Part shown: positions 48,610-59,018 of the stretch, piece by piece
How the letters are laid out: every line of letters starts with the position of its first letter
Numbering within the stretch: position 1 is the first letter of the stretch
From: an uncultured Ruminococcus sp.
GTDB taxonomy: Bacteria; Bacillota; Clostridia; Oscillospirales; Ruminococcaceae
Length of the DNA stretch: 64,000 nucleotides
Assembly: GCA_937902395.1 (NCBI GenBank)
Contig: CALGTV010000038.1
Span: forward strand, 808-64,807
Direction of reading: 5' to 3'
Notes under the pieces: generated by a model
What the model was told of the DNA's origin: nothing
Database searches by the model: none
What the model saw: only the letters and a program-made list of their open reading frames with translations
Position numbers and translations under genes: made by a program

Positions 48610-51243
48610 GTGTTATATAACGATAATTCAAAAATTATACATTCCGACCTTGTGGACGAAATGGAAAATTCCATGCTGCAATACGCAATGTCGGTTATTG
48701 TTTCAAGAGCCCTGCCTGATGTAAGGGACGGTTTAAAGCCCGTTCACAGACGTATTCTCTATACGCTCCACGAAAACGGACTTACTCCCGATAAGGCATA
48801 CAGAAAATGTGCTGATACCGTCGGTGCTGTTCTGGGTAGATATCACCCACACGGTGACGCATCTGTATACGACGCTCTTGTAAGACTTGCTCAGGATTTC
48901 TCCCTTCGTTACCCTCTTGTTGACGGTCACGGTAACTTCGGTTCTATCGACGGCGATAAGGCGGCTGCCTACCGTTATACCGAGGCTAAAATGGCAAAGC
49001 TTACTCTTGAAATGTTACAGGACATCAACAAGGAAACTGTTGATTATATGCCTAACTATGACGACCGTCTTAAAGAGCCTGTTGTGCTTCCTTCAAGATT
49101 CCCGAATCTGCTTGTAAATGGTTCTACAGGTATCGCTGTTGGTATGGCTACAAATATTCCTCCCCACAATTTAGGCGAGGTTGTAGACGCTTTACAGCTT
49201 CTCATTGACGATCCTGATTGTACTCTCGATCAGCTTATGGAGCACATCAAGGGACCTGATTTCCCAACAGGCGGTATTGTTATGGGTAAAGCAGGAATTC
49301 GTGCCGCTTACGGTACAGGACGCGGAAAGATTATTCTCCGCAGCCGTACTCACTTTGAGGAAATAAACGGCAGAAACTGCATCATAGTTGACGAAATACC
49401 ATATATGGTCAATAAAACTCTGATATTGAAAAATATCAGTCAGCTCTGCAAGGATAAGCGTTTGGAGGGTATATATTTCCTCCGTGACGAATCCGATAAG
49501 GACGGTATGCGTATCGTTATTGAGCTGAAAAAGGACGCTATACCTGAAATCGTGCTGAATAAGCTTTTCGCCCTGACAAAGTTACAGGATACAGTGGGCA
49601 TTATTATGCTTGCCCTCGTAAATGGCGAGCCTAAGGTGCTTACACTGAAAGAGATGCTCAGCCATTATCTCGATTTTCAGGTTGATGTTATCCAGCGACG
49701 CACACGTTATGACCTCCGAAAGGCACTTGAAAGAGCGCATCTGTTGCAGGGCTTCATTCTTGCCGCTGATTATATCGACGAGGTTGTGGCTATTCTCCGC
49801 AGCAGCAAGACTATCCCCGAAGCTAAGGAGCGCATGATTGAGCGTTTCAAGGATGTTGATATGAGCGCACTTCTTGACCGCGCACAGTATGATATGTCAA
49901 ATATTCATATTCTTGAACATCAAATGGGACTTTCTGAGGATCAGGCAGAGGCTATTGTTCAGATGCGTCTCGGTGCTCTCACAGGTCTGGAGCGTCAGAA
50001 GATAACTGACGAATTATACGGCTTGCTGACAAAGATAACCGATCTTGAAGATATTCTTGCAAATATAAGCCGTGTTTATGAGATTATTATGGAGGATCTC
50101 AATGCTATCCGCAAGAAATTCAACGACAATCGCCGTACAGATATTGAATCTGTAAGCGGTGAAGTTGATATCGAGGATTTAATTCCCGTTGAGGATTGCG
50201 TTGTAACTCTCACAAATAACGGTTATATCAAGCGTATGCCAGTTGCAGAGTATAAGACTCAGAAGCGCGGCGGACGCGGTATAACAGGCATGAAACAGCG
50301 CGAGGAGGACTTCGTAGAGGAAATGTTCATCTGCGGAACTCATGATAATATCCTCTTTATCACCAACAAGGGTATTATGTACAAGCTGAAATGCTACGAG
50401 ATTCCCGACGGTTCAAAGGCTTCACGAGGCTTCAATCTTATAAATCTGTTGCCTCTTACCGAAAATGAAAAGGTAACGGCTATGATTAAGACTGCCGATT
50501 TCGGTGACGACAGATTTATCACAATCGTTACGAAAAACGGTAAAATCAAGCGTACAAATCTTTCACTCTACAAGAATGTCCGCAAAAACGGACTTATCGC
50601 AATCGGTCTTGATGATGGCGATGAAATTGCAGGCTGCCGCATGACAAATGGAAATGAGCAGATTTTCGTGGCTACACGCAACGGTATGGCTATACGTATC
50701 GAGGAAGAAAAGGGCAGAGCGTTGTCACGTTCAGCTCACGGCGTAAAGGCTATAAAGCTTCGTGAGGGCGATTACGTTGTAGGAATGGCAAGAGTGCGCG
50801 AGGGTGCTTCGCTGCTTACAGTTACCGAAAACGGCTACGGAAAACGTACTGAGATAGACAGCTACAGAATTCAGAACAGAGGCGGATACGGTCTTACAAA
50901 CTACAAGGTTGATGATATCCGCGGTCATGTCTGCGGAATCAAAATAGTTGACGATACAGACGATGTAATTCTCGTTTCCAGTGACGGTGTAATTATCCGT
51001 ATTCACGCCGAAGATGTGCGAATCATGGGCAGAATTGCCAAGGGTGTACGTGTTATGAGAGTCGGCGAGGGTGCAAAGGTTGTGGCATTTACACGTACTG
51101 AACGTGATGATTCCGTTGAAACCGAAAAGGTTGAACAGCTTACCGAGGAGCAGATAAGAGCAGCAGAGGCTGAGGCTGCCGAGGAGGAGAAAAACGAGGT
51201 AATCATTGAGGCTGACCCTGACGATACCGAAGATGAGGAATAA
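48610..51243 (+). CDS. gyrA: DNA gyrase subunit A
   Basis: RALPDVRDGLKPV, HPHGD, AAYRYTE, GyrA box QKRGGRG, acidic tail. Confidence 0.99.
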   Translation: MLYNDNSKIIHSDLVDEMENSMLQYAMSVIVSRALPDVRDGLKPVHRRILYTLHENGLTPDKAYRKCADTVGAVLGRYHPHGDASVYDALVRLAQDFSLRYPLVDGHGNFGSIDGDKAAAYRYTEAKMAKLTLEMLQDINKETVDYMPNYDDRLKEPVVLPSRFPNLLVNGSTGIAVGMATNIPPHNLGEVVDALQLLIDDPDCTLDQLMEHIKGPDFPTGGIVMGKAGIRAAYGTGRGKIILRSRTHFEEINGRNCIIVDEIPYMVNKTLILKNISQLCKDKRLEGIYFLRDESDKDGMRIVIELKKDAIPEIVLNKLFALTKLQDTVGIIMLALVNGEPKVLTLKEMLSHYLDFQVDVIQRRTRYDLRKALERAHLLQGFILAADYIDEVVAILRSSKTIPEAKERMIERFKDVDMSALLDRAQYDMSNIHILEHQMGLSEDQAEAIVQMRLGALTGLERQKITDELYGLLTKITDLEDILANISRVYEIIMEDLNAIRKKFNDNRRTDIESVSGEVDIEDLIPVEDCVVTLTNNGYIKRMPVAEYKTQKRGGRGITGMKQREEDFVEEMFICGTHDNILFITNKGIMYKLKCYEIPDGSKASRGFNLINLLPLTENEKVTAMIKTADFGDDRFITIVTKNGKIKRTNLSLYKNVRKNGLIAIGLDDGDEIAGCRMTNGNEQIFVATRNGMAIRIEEEKGRALSRSAHGVKAIKLREGDYVVGMARVREGASLLTVTENGYGKRTEIDSYRIQNRGGYGLTNYKVDDIRGHVCGIKIVDDTDDVILVSSDGVIIRIHAEDVRIMGRIAKGVRVMRVGEGAKVVAFTRTERDDSVETEKVEQLTEEQIRAAEAEAAEEEKNEVIIEADPDDTEDEE

Positions 51244-51253
51244 AAAGCTGTAA

Positions 51254-52060
51254 ATGAAATTTATACTTTTGGCATTGATTATAATGTTCATCGCCGCTAT
51301 TTATTCAATCATTGAAAGCAGGATTTTTCTTGTTACACGACGTAAAGATTTCGGCGGTGATGTGAAAATTCTCCACATTTCAGATTGCCACAAGCGAAAT
51401 AATCCTGATTTCAACAAGCGGATATCAGCTGTTGCAGAGCGTGAAAAGCCTGATATAATACTGATAACAGGGGATTTTGTATCACGTACAGAAACGGATT
51501 TCAAGCCCTCTGAGGAGCTTCTGAAAAGGCTTTGTGCCATATCTCCTGTGTATATGTGCATGGGTAATCATGAGCAGAGCTTTATTAATGATAATCAGTG
51601 TGAATTTCTCGATGCCGTTGAGCATACCAATGCAAAAATGCTTATAAACAGCGGTGAATACGCGGAAATCAAAGGCAGGAGATTTTATATCTGCGGAGTT
51701 ATGCCGCGTTATACTGTGTATAAAAAAGACAACAGCTACAAAAATCTCGATGATTTCACCATATCGGAGATGAAAGAGCTTATGGGAGAATGTCCGAAAG
51801 AAAAAGTACTTCTCCTTGCTCATAATCCTCTATTTGCCGAGGTATATGCGGAATGGGGTGCAGATTACACATTCAGCGGACATATTCACGGCGGAGTTGT
51901 GCGGATTTTCGGAGTCGGCATACTTTCCCCCGAACGAAAATTTTTCCCGAAATATTCCAAGGGAATTTACGATATATCGGGGAAAAAGCTGCTTGTATCC
52001 GCAGGATTGGGCAAATTGAGATTATTCAATCCGCCTGAGATTGTGGTGTATAAAATTTAA
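51254..52060 (+). CDS. Calcineurin-like metallophosphoesterase (YkuE-like)
   Basis: SD.H, TGD, GNHE, AH.P, GH.HGG; N-terminal TM. Confidence 0.92.
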   Translation: MKFILLALIIMFIAAIYSIIESRIFLVTRRKDFGGDVKILHISDCHKRNNPDFNKRISAVAEREKPDIILITGDFVSRTETDFKPSEELLKRLCAISPVYMCMGNHEQSFINDNQCEFLDAVEHTNAKMLINSGEYAEIKGRRFYICGVMPRYTVYKKDNSYKNLDDFTISEMKELMGECPKEKVLLLAHNPLFAEVYAEWGADYTFSGHIHGGVVRIFGVGILSPERKFFPKYSKGIYDISGKKLLVSAGLGKLRLFNPPEIVVYKI

Positions 52061-52105
52061 CAATAAAGGGACACGAAAAACGTGTCCCTTTTTCAAGGAG
52101 GAAAT

Positions 52106-53629
52106 ATGATTAAAAAAATTATTTCAGCAGTTTTTTCCGTTGCAGTAGCGGCTATTATTGCAGTAAATCCTATATGTCAAACAAGTGCATTTGAAACATA
52201 TAAAACGCCTGTACAGAAAGAAGTTTTTCTTAAATATGGTAATTCTGCCAGGTTTATTTTTTTTGACGAAAACGGTAATAAACTGAATAATTACGAAATT
52301 TCAATGAAAAACTCTGCAGGAATTGAAGTTGGAAGATTTTACGATGACTATTATGATAAATTTATAATGTCCAATTCATCAGGTATAGAAGAAGGAGGGC
52401 AATGGTCTATATCTGAAAAATATTTTGAAGACCTTATTTCACCGTATAAACCGCGCTACATTGCAGAAGCTATGTACGAGTTTGATACAGGTATACCAAC
52501 ATCAACGGTGTGTGAACTTCATGATTATTCTGCTGATAATAAAGTTACTATGAACTATATAAGACCGGACAGCGATATGTTTGGTCACCCATGGTATAAT
52601 ATTTATCGTGTATTTGCTTATCCCTCTGATGAAACTACAGCTTTTACCATTCCTGCGAATAAAATCGGTATATTTGTAGATAAAAAATGGAGCAGTTACA
52701 ACGGCAGAGGATATTATCAAATGGGTTCAGACGGCGCTAAGAAGTTTTTTGATAACAATGATATGTTTGGAAATCTTCGTGTTATTGCTCCAAAAAAAGA
52801 TACAAGCGAGTTAAGAGTTGGAATAACAAAAATTCTTGATTGCAATACATCAGGAAAAATGGAATTTTATCCAAAATATCAGAGTAAAAAAACAGAGTAT
52901 GTAAAATGCAAAATGCATATTACAGAATTGTTTCCCAATGAAGATTGGAAAAATTATCAGGTTCATGAGAATGGTATAATAATACACGACGGAAATGAAT
53001 TCAGGCTTAGAAAAGCAACTGAGAGTACTGCGGCATTTCTAACAATTGTAAGCGGTGCGTGTGTGACTGTTGCTATGCCTGATAAATCCGGAAATGTTGA
53101 GTTCTATGTTGAAAAAAACTCAAGAAAAATGTCATCTGAAATAAGAATAAAATATTATGCTGAAAGAGAGTATAGTACTCGTTTTAAAACAGAGGGCTAT
53201 GGCGGAAATGTATACGAGGTTATTGTTGAAACTCCCGAAGATTATTTTGAAGAAGGAGATTTAGTGCATAATATTCCAGCAGGTCAGTATACTTTGGAAC
53301 TTGAATCAAAAATGGGAGAAGAAGTTTTTTATGAACCTTTTAAATTAAACATTAGCGAAGAAAAAATGCCGCAGGTAGTTATTGCTGAATTTAAGGAAAT
53401 AGAATTACCAAAGGGAGATGTAGATGAAAACAATGTTGTAGATTCGTCCGATGCAAGCAGTATTCTTGCGGAATATGCGGCATTATCTACAGGCAGACCA
53501 ACAATATTTTTGCCAAATCAGAAAGATGCCGCAGATGTAAACAACGACGGAGTTATTGATTCCTCTGACGCAAGTATGGTACTTGCACATTATGCAAGCG
53601 TTTCAACAGGCGGAAACGGTGTTATTTAA
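52106..53629 (+). CDS. Secreted dockerin-bearing protein, unknown N-terminal domain
   Basis: Signal peptide; C-terminal dockerin GDVDENNVVDSSDAS..ADVNNDGVIDSSDAS; start refined to ATG 52106. Confidence 0.85.
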   Translation: MIKKIISAVFSVAVAAIIAVNPICQTSAFETYKTPVQKEVFLKYGNSARFIFFDENGNKLNNYEISMKNSAGIEVGRFYDDYYDKFIMSNSSGIEEGGQWSISEKYFEDLISPYKPRYIAEAMYEFDTGIPTSTVCELHDYSADNKVTMNYIRPDSDMFGHPWYNIYRVFAYPSDETTAFTIPANKIGIFVDKKWSSYNGRGYYQMGSDGAKKFFDNNDMFGNLRVIAPKKDTSELRVGITKILDCNTSGKMEFYPKYQSKKTEYVKCKMHITELFPNEDWKNYQVHENGIIIHDGNEFRLRKATESTAAFLTIVSGACVTVAMPDKSGNVEFYVEKNSRKMSSEIRIKYYAEREYSTRFKTEGYGGNVYEVIVETPEDYFEEGDLVHNIPAGQYTLELESKMGEEVFYEPFKLNISEEKMPQVVIAEFKEIELPKGDVDENNVVDSSDASSILAEYAALSTGRPTIFLPNQKDAADVNNDGVIDSSDASMVLAHYASVSTGGNGVI

Positions 53630-54239
53630 TAAATTCCCATATACCGAAAATTATTAGTGCCGCGCCGCCAACCCATGAAAAATCGCAGTTGAGACTGGAT
53701 ATTTTCCGTCCTGCAAGACTGCCGAAAAATATAGCAAGAGCACCCGCAATAAAGGCAAAAAATGCCGATATTGCGGGATTTATTTCATATCCAACACCAA
53801 GTCCGATTGAAATTGAATCAAGAGATGCCGCAATTGCCAGTGCTGCCGCCTCTTTTGGAGAAAGAATTTTTGAGCTGTCAAAGTCGGCAGCTGTATCATC
53901 AAGATAAAGTTTTACCACAATTCCGCTGTTTCCCGTAGGCAGAGAAAGCTCACCGCGCTCAGAGAGTCGGCGTACAAGATTGCGTATAAGACTTTTAAAA
54001 ATGGTTATAATTCCCATTGAAGTGAGAATTATAAAACCGCATATTTCGCATAGCTTTTCGGGAACAATATTACCCATAAGACGCGAAAAAACAAGGGATA
54101 ACCCAAGGAAAAACGCTCCGATTGCATTAATTACAACAGCAGAGGAAACAGGAATTTTAATTCCGCATGAACGATATGCGGCGGCGGCAAGAAATATATC
54201 AATACTTATAATAACTGATAGTATAATTTCACGAAGCAC
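53622..54239 (-). CDS. ytaF: YtaF/MntP-family membrane protein (sporulation YtaF-like)
   Basis: S.D...AY, ADFD.S..LS.KEA..LA.A.SLD...G. Confidence 0.8.
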   Translation of the reverse strand: MLREIILSVIISIDIFLAAAAYRSCGIKIPVSSAVVINAIGAFFLGLSLVFSRLMGNIVPEKLCEICGFIILTSMGIITIFKSLIRNLVRRLSERGELSLPTGNSGIVVKLYLDDTAADFDSSKILSPKEAAALAIAASLDSISIGLGVGYEINPAISAFFAFIAGALAIFFGSLAGRKISSLNCDFSWVGGAALIIFGIWEFIK

Positions 54240-54316
54240 AAAAAATCACCTCGTAAATATGATATGCCGTGTAAAATAATAGTGACACATGTCGAAAAAG
54301 CAAGAAAGTGCAATTT

Positions 54317-54942
54317 TTTTCCACAGAAACTGTCAAGGAATTTTCAACACAGTGTTGAAACAGCCGTTGAAATTCATTGCAATTGTTGAAAACTCTGTGG
54401 AGAGTGTGGAAAAGTAACGTAAAATCCCAATTCTACGATGTCAAAAATCTTGAAAACTTGTTGGATAATCGGGGAAAGGGTGGAAACAATAAAAATGTAT
54501 TGTGGAAAACTCTCCGCAATAACATCAGAAAAAGGACTTGATTTTGTATGAAAAAATTTTTATCAACTACAGCACTTTTTTTAACCCTGCCTATGCTTCT
54601 CACAGGATGCGGCGAGGGAAGAGATGATATGTCCTCTGAAAGTGGACATTTTGAAGAATACGACTACGGAAATCATGCTGACGGCAGTGCTTACGATGAT
54701 GACAGAGATGATAATGACGTTGAAGATTTTGCACACGACGCAATTGACGGTGCAGAATCCGCAGCAGAGGATGTAATTGACGGCGCAGGCGATGCGGCAA
54801 ACGATATTGTTGACGGTCTTGACGGCGAGCGTGAAACTGACGTAACATCGACAAAAAGAGACGATTCAACAACTACAGCTGTAACAGTTGAAAAGCGTGA
54901 CAGATAAGAGTTTTCAACACCTTGTTGCGCAAATGTTGAAAA
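54317..54942. promoter_or_regulatory. Second DnaA-box-like cluster outside oriC
   Basis: TTTTCCACA 54317, TTTTCAACA 54341, TGTTGAAAA 54384, TGTGGAAAA 54405 and 54501, TTTTCAACA 54911, TGTTGAAAA 54934 plus near-matches. Confidence 0.65.
54548..54907 (+). CDS. Acidic lipoprotein with 11-residue repeats
   Basis: Lipobox LTGC; repeats D(A/V/I)(I/V)DG. Confidence 0.75.
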   Translation: MKKFLSTTALFLTLPMLLTGCGEGRDDMSSESGHFEEYDYGNHADGSAYDDDRDDNDVEDFAHDAIDGAESAAEDVIDGAGDAANDIVDGLDGERETDVTSTKRDDSTTTAVTVEKRDR

Positions 54943-55041
54943 GTCAGTCGATTTGGGCTGATAATTCAAAACAATAATGAAAAATCCCCTCGGAATCTGA
55001 TAATTCAGAATCAGAGGGGATTTAATTTTATACAATTCGTA

Positions 55042-56310
55042 TTAACCGCAGATTTCTTTTATTGCCTCAGCCATAATTTCTGCATTGAGCAGCAGGCTTT
55101 CCTCAGTGATAAATTCGTCAGGACCGTGCATATTACCGCTTCCGCCCTCGTATTCAGCACCGAAAGCCACACCGCCCTCGATATCGTGGACGTATGTGCC
55201 GCCGCCGATAGTTATACAGCGTCCGTTTTCGCCTGTCACGCGCTCATATACGCGGAGCAAGGACTGTACAAAATCGCTGTTTTCGTCGGTATAATGGGGA
55301 TTTACGCCAATGAGGGAATCAATAGTGATACCTGCGCTTTCAAGTTTGCCGCAGATAATTCCGCTAACTTCATCCTTGGTTCTGCCAAAGGGGAAACGCA
55401 CATCGATTCCACCCTCGATATATGTCTTTTCAGACTTTTCAACAGTTTTCAACAATGAGATTACACAGGTGAAATCTTCCGAATTTTCGCCAAAAATTGC
55501 ACTTCCCTCAACATCGCCGTGTTGAAAGATTTGTTTAAGGCTGTTGAGAGCAGCAGAGCTTCCGCTGTAGTTTGCAAGGAATTTTGTAATTGCGTTTTCT
55601 CCTTTTTCGGGAGTTGAAGCATGAGCAGATTTTCCCTCGTAAAACATTGCGGATGAGGCTGATTTCACAGAGCAGGACATGGGCACAGCATTGATGACCT
55701 CCCCTGCTTCTATCTCCATTTTTTCACCAAGCTCAGCGGAAAAATAGATTCTCAGCATACCCTTTTCGCCGTTTATAACCGGATATTCACCGTCAGGAGT
55801 GAAAACCATAGGCGGCAGAGGAAATTTTTTTGAATACTGCTCAATATCATCACTGCCGTTTTCCTCATTTGTACCGAAAACGAGGCGCACACCTTTTTTA
55901 AGGGGGATATTAAGCTCTCTGAGCGCCCTCAGAGCAAACAAAGATGCAACAGCAGGTCCCTTATCGTCAATAGTTCCTCTGCCCGTTAAAATGCCGTTCT
56001 CGCGCTTTAAAACGTAAGGGTCGCTGCTCCAGCCGATACCCTCAGGGACAACGTCGAGATGTGAAAGAATAGCAAGGGCAGGTTCGAGATTATTGAAATC
56101 AGCGGAGCCTGCATAGTTTTCAACATTTTCCACAGAAAAACCATATTCAGCGCATTTATTCAGCATAATTTCAAGAGCTTTTGCGGAATTTCTGCCGAAT
56201 GGGCAATTTTCCACAGCATCTTCCTGAACACTTCTGATTGAAATGAGTTCAGCAAGAAATTCAATCATTTCTTCTTTGTGATTTTCAAGATATTTTCTTA
56301 TTTCAGTCAT
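55042..56310 (-). CDS. pepV: M20 dipeptidase (PepV/Sapep family)
   Basis: HLDVVP, GRG..DDKGP, NEE, PD, GGGTY, MH..DE. Confidence 0.88.
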   Translation of the reverse strand: MTEIRKYLENHKEEMIEFLAELISIRSVQEDAVENCPFGRNSAKALEIMLNKCAEYGFSVENVENYAGSADFNNLEPALAILSHLDVVPEGIGWSSDPYVLKRENGILTGRGTIDDKGPAVASLFALRALRELNIPLKKGVRLVFGTNEENGSDDIEQYSKKFPLPPMVFTPDGEYPVINGEKGMLRIYFSAELGEKMEIEAGEVINAVPMSCSVKSASSAMFYEGKSAHASTPEKGENAITKFLANYSGSSAALNSLKQIFQHGDVEGSAIFGENSEDFTCVISLLKTVEKSEKTYIEGGIDVRFPFGRTKDEVSGIICGKLESAGITIDSLIGVNPHYTDENSDFVQSLLRVYERVTGENGRCITIGGGTYVHDIEGGVAFGAEYEGGSGNMHGPDEFITEESLLLNAEIMAEAIKEICG

Positions 56311-56339
56311 AGCGAACTCCTTATAAATAGTTATAATAG

Positions 56340-56367
56340 CAAAAAAACCGCAGTAAACTGCGGTTCC
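56340..56367 (-). terminator. Intrinsic terminator after msmX
   Basis: Minus strand AACCGCAG-TTTA-CTGCGGTT followed by T-tract. Confidence 0.75.
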
Positions 56368-56427
56368 TTGCCTGATGTGTTAAACACAAACAGTAGAAAG
56401 AAAGGATAAATATGAAAAGTGAATATA

Positions 56428-57567
56428 TCAGTTTACAATAGCTCTCTCTGTTTCCTTATCAAATATGTGGATTCTGTTAGGATCGATAGCAACTCTGATA
56501 TCATCACCGGACTTAGCAGTAGTTCTGGGGCTAACTCTTGCTGTAAGGCTGTTGCCCTCGCAAGTGAGGTAGAGATAAGTCTCAGCACCCATCATTTCGG
56601 TGATTTCAACGTAAGCGTCAATAACGCCTGTAGTTGCATTTGAGAGATACATTTCTTCATCATGAATAGACTCAGGACGAATACCAAGAGTAATTTCTCT
56701 GCCAACGTAGTTGGGAAGAACATCGTTTACCTTAGACTCAGGAACGATAATCTGGTATCTTCTGCCTGTTGACATTCTTGTATCCTTTGAGCCAAACTCA
56801 ACGATAAACTGACCATACTCTTCCTTGAGAACAGCATCGATAAAGTTCATCTGAGGAGATCCGAGGAATCCTGCAACGAACTTGTTTACGGGGTTCTCAT
56901 AGAGGTTCTGAGGAGTATCAACCTGCTGAACAAAACCGTCCTTCATACAAACGATTCTGTCACCCATTGTCATAGCCTCAGTCTGGTCATGAGTTACGTA
57001 GATAAATGTAGTACCAAGCTTCTTGTGAATCTTAGAAATCTCGGTTCTCATCTGAGCACGGAGCTTAGCATCGAGGTTTGAGAGAGGCTCGTCGAGAAGG
57101 AATACCTTAGGTGAACGAACGATACAACGACCGAGAGCAACTCTCTGACGCTGACCACCGGACATAGCCTTAGGCTTTCTGTCGAGGAGGTGTGTAAGGT
57201 CGAGGATCTTAGCAGCCTCGTTTACCTTTCTCTCAATTTCATCCTTTGGAACCTTACGGAGCTTAAGTCCGAAAGCCATGTTATCGAATACAGTCATATG
57301 AGGATAGAGAGCGTAGTTCTGGAAAACCATCGCAATATCTCTGTCCTTAGGAGCGATATCATTTACAAGACGGTCGCCGATGTACAGCTCACCTTCTGAG
57401 ATTTCCTCAAGACCTGCGATCATACGGAGAGTTGTGGACTTACCGCATCCGGAAGGTCCAACGAGAACGATAAACTCCTTATCTCTGATCTCTAAGTTGA
57501 CGTCTGTAACAGCAACAACACCGCCGGGGTATTTCTTATAAATATTTTTAAGTGTTAAGCCTGCCAT
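56428..57567 (-). CDS. msmX: Stand-alone multiple-sugar ABC ATPase (MsmX/UgpC)
   Basis: [40 protein letters not shown] tail. Confidence 0.9.
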   Translation of the reverse strand: MAGLTLKNIYKKYPGGVVAVTDVNLEIRDKEFIVLVGPSGCGKSTTLRMIAGLEEISEGELYIGDRLVNDIAPKDRDIAMVFQNYALYPHMTVFDNMAFGLKLRKVPKDEIERKVNEAAKILDLTHLLDRKPKAMSGGQRQRVALGRCIVRSPKVFLLDEPLSNLDAKLRAQMRTEISKIHKKLGTTFIYVTHDQTEAMTMGDRIVCMKDGFVQQVDTPQNLYENPVNKFVAGFLGSPQMNFIDAVLKEEYGQFIVEFGSKDTRMSTGRRYQIIVPESKVNDVLPNYVGREITLGIRPESIHDEEMYLSNATTGVIDAYVEITEMMGAETYLYLTCEGNSLTARVSPRTTAKSGDDIRVAIDPNRIHIFDKETERAIVN

Positions 57568-57697
57568 TTATTCCTGTCCTCCAGTTCAATTTTTCTTTAT
57601 ACCGATACCATTTTTTATTTCAGCACAATATCAGCTATAATAATATAATACCACTTTTTAAGAAAAATTTCAAGATACTAAATTGCCAAACTTACAA

Positions 57698-58477
57698 TTA
57701 GTTGTTTAGCAGAAATGCCGAAAAATAGCCAACGAAATCGGGAGAAAAATCGCATAAATCGGGTGGGCTGAATAAGTTTTCAACATCTTTGTGCAATAAT
57801 TCCATACACTGTCCAAACCCCAAATTTTCGGGTAAAATCAGACCTCCCACGGTTAATCTCATCAACTTTTCAACATGGTTTTCAACAGCGGCAAACATTC
57901 GCTTAACCTGATGATATTTTCCCTCATTAAGTTCTATAAAAGCCAGTTTATCGCAGTTTTCAACAGCTTTCACCTTAGCCGGCAAGCACTTTTCGCCATT
58001 GGAAAGTGTAATACCTTGCGCAAATATGTCAACATATTTACTTTCAAAACTTCTGGCAAGTTTCACAATATAAATTTTCGGCACATGACTTTTAGGCGAA
58101 AGCAATCGATGAGCAAGCTCGCCGTCATCGGTAATAAGCAATGCGCCGAGAGAATCCTTGTCAAGTCTGCCTGCGGGGAAAAGTCCCTTTTTCCGCATTT
58201 CTGGGGGAATAAGCTTCATAACGCTTATACCGTCGTCATCAGTGGTAGAGCTTACATATCCGTCAGGCTTATTCAGCAGGATATAGCGGAATTTTGAAGC
58301 TGAAACGGCGCTTCCGCAGACTGTAACCTCTGCTGAATCAGAATCAATTTTAGCGTCAGATTTTTTGACAACCTCGCCGTTTACGTTGATTTTTCCAGCG
58401 GCGGCAAGGGATTTTATCTGACTTCGTGAATAGTCAGTGCGTTCAGAAATATATTTATCAAGTCGAATCTGTGGCAT
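57698..58477 (-). CDS. rsuA: RsuA-family pseudouridine synthase
   Basis: S4 domain, NKP.G, GRLDKD, EG+YHQVKRM. Confidence 0.88.
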   Translation of the reverse strand: MPQIRLDKYISERTDYSRSQIKSLAAAGKINVNGEVVKKSDAKIDSDSAEVTVCGSAVSASKFRYILLNKPDGYVSSTTDDDGISVMKLIPPEMRKKGLFPAGRLDKDSLGALLITDDGELAHRLLSPKSHVPKIYIVKLARSFESKYVDIFAQGITLSNGEKCLPAKVKAVENCDKLAFIELNEGKYHQVKRMFAAVENHVEKLMRLTVGGLILPENLGFGQCMELLHKDVENLFSPPDLCDFSPDFVGYFSAFLLNN

Positions 58478-58586
58478 AGTTCCTCCTTATAAATGTGGGC
58501 GTCAGCCATACAAATTATTAGTAAATGGTATAAATTAACATTTTCAGCACATACTATTAATAGAATGAAAACACGGAGGTAAAAGT

Positions 58587-59018
58587 ATGTCAAAAAAAAT
58601 AATTTCAATAGCTGTAATAGCAGGTACAGTTATGTGCGGATATATTTTAATGGACCCCGATTTCAAGGGTGAGCAGAAAATTCCGGATAATCCCCCTGTA
58701 GATGCATCAACAGCAGACAAAAGAGCCGATTATTTCGCACTTCACGGCTGGGAAGTGGAAGAAATTTCATCAAAGGATATAACAATCCCCTCGGATTTCT
58801 CCGAGGAGTATGAGCAGTATGCGGCTTTGCAGGATAAACAGGGTATGCCTTTGCGTGAATATGCAGGGGAATCAGGCAAGCTTTATGTTTACGAGGTGAA
58901 GAATTACAGCCCCTCTGACAATCAGATGTTCGCGGAATTGCTTGTCTGCGATGATACCGCCATTGCCTCCCTTGTGTACAGCGACAACGGTGACGGAACA
59001 AAGCTGTCAGTCAGTTGA
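58587..59018 (+). CDS. DUF4830-like protein
   Basis: GW...IP..F..Y..LQ..QG..L..Y.G..Y...NY; upstream GTATA-17-CATACTA (sigma-G/F-like). Confidence 0.7.
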   Translation: MSKKIISIAVIAGTVMCGYILMDPDFKGEQKIPDNPPVDASTADKRADYFALHGWEVEEISSKDITIPSDFSEEYEQYAALQDKQGMPLREYAGESGKLYVYEVKNYSPSDNQMFAELLVCDDTAIASLVYSDNGDGTKLSVS

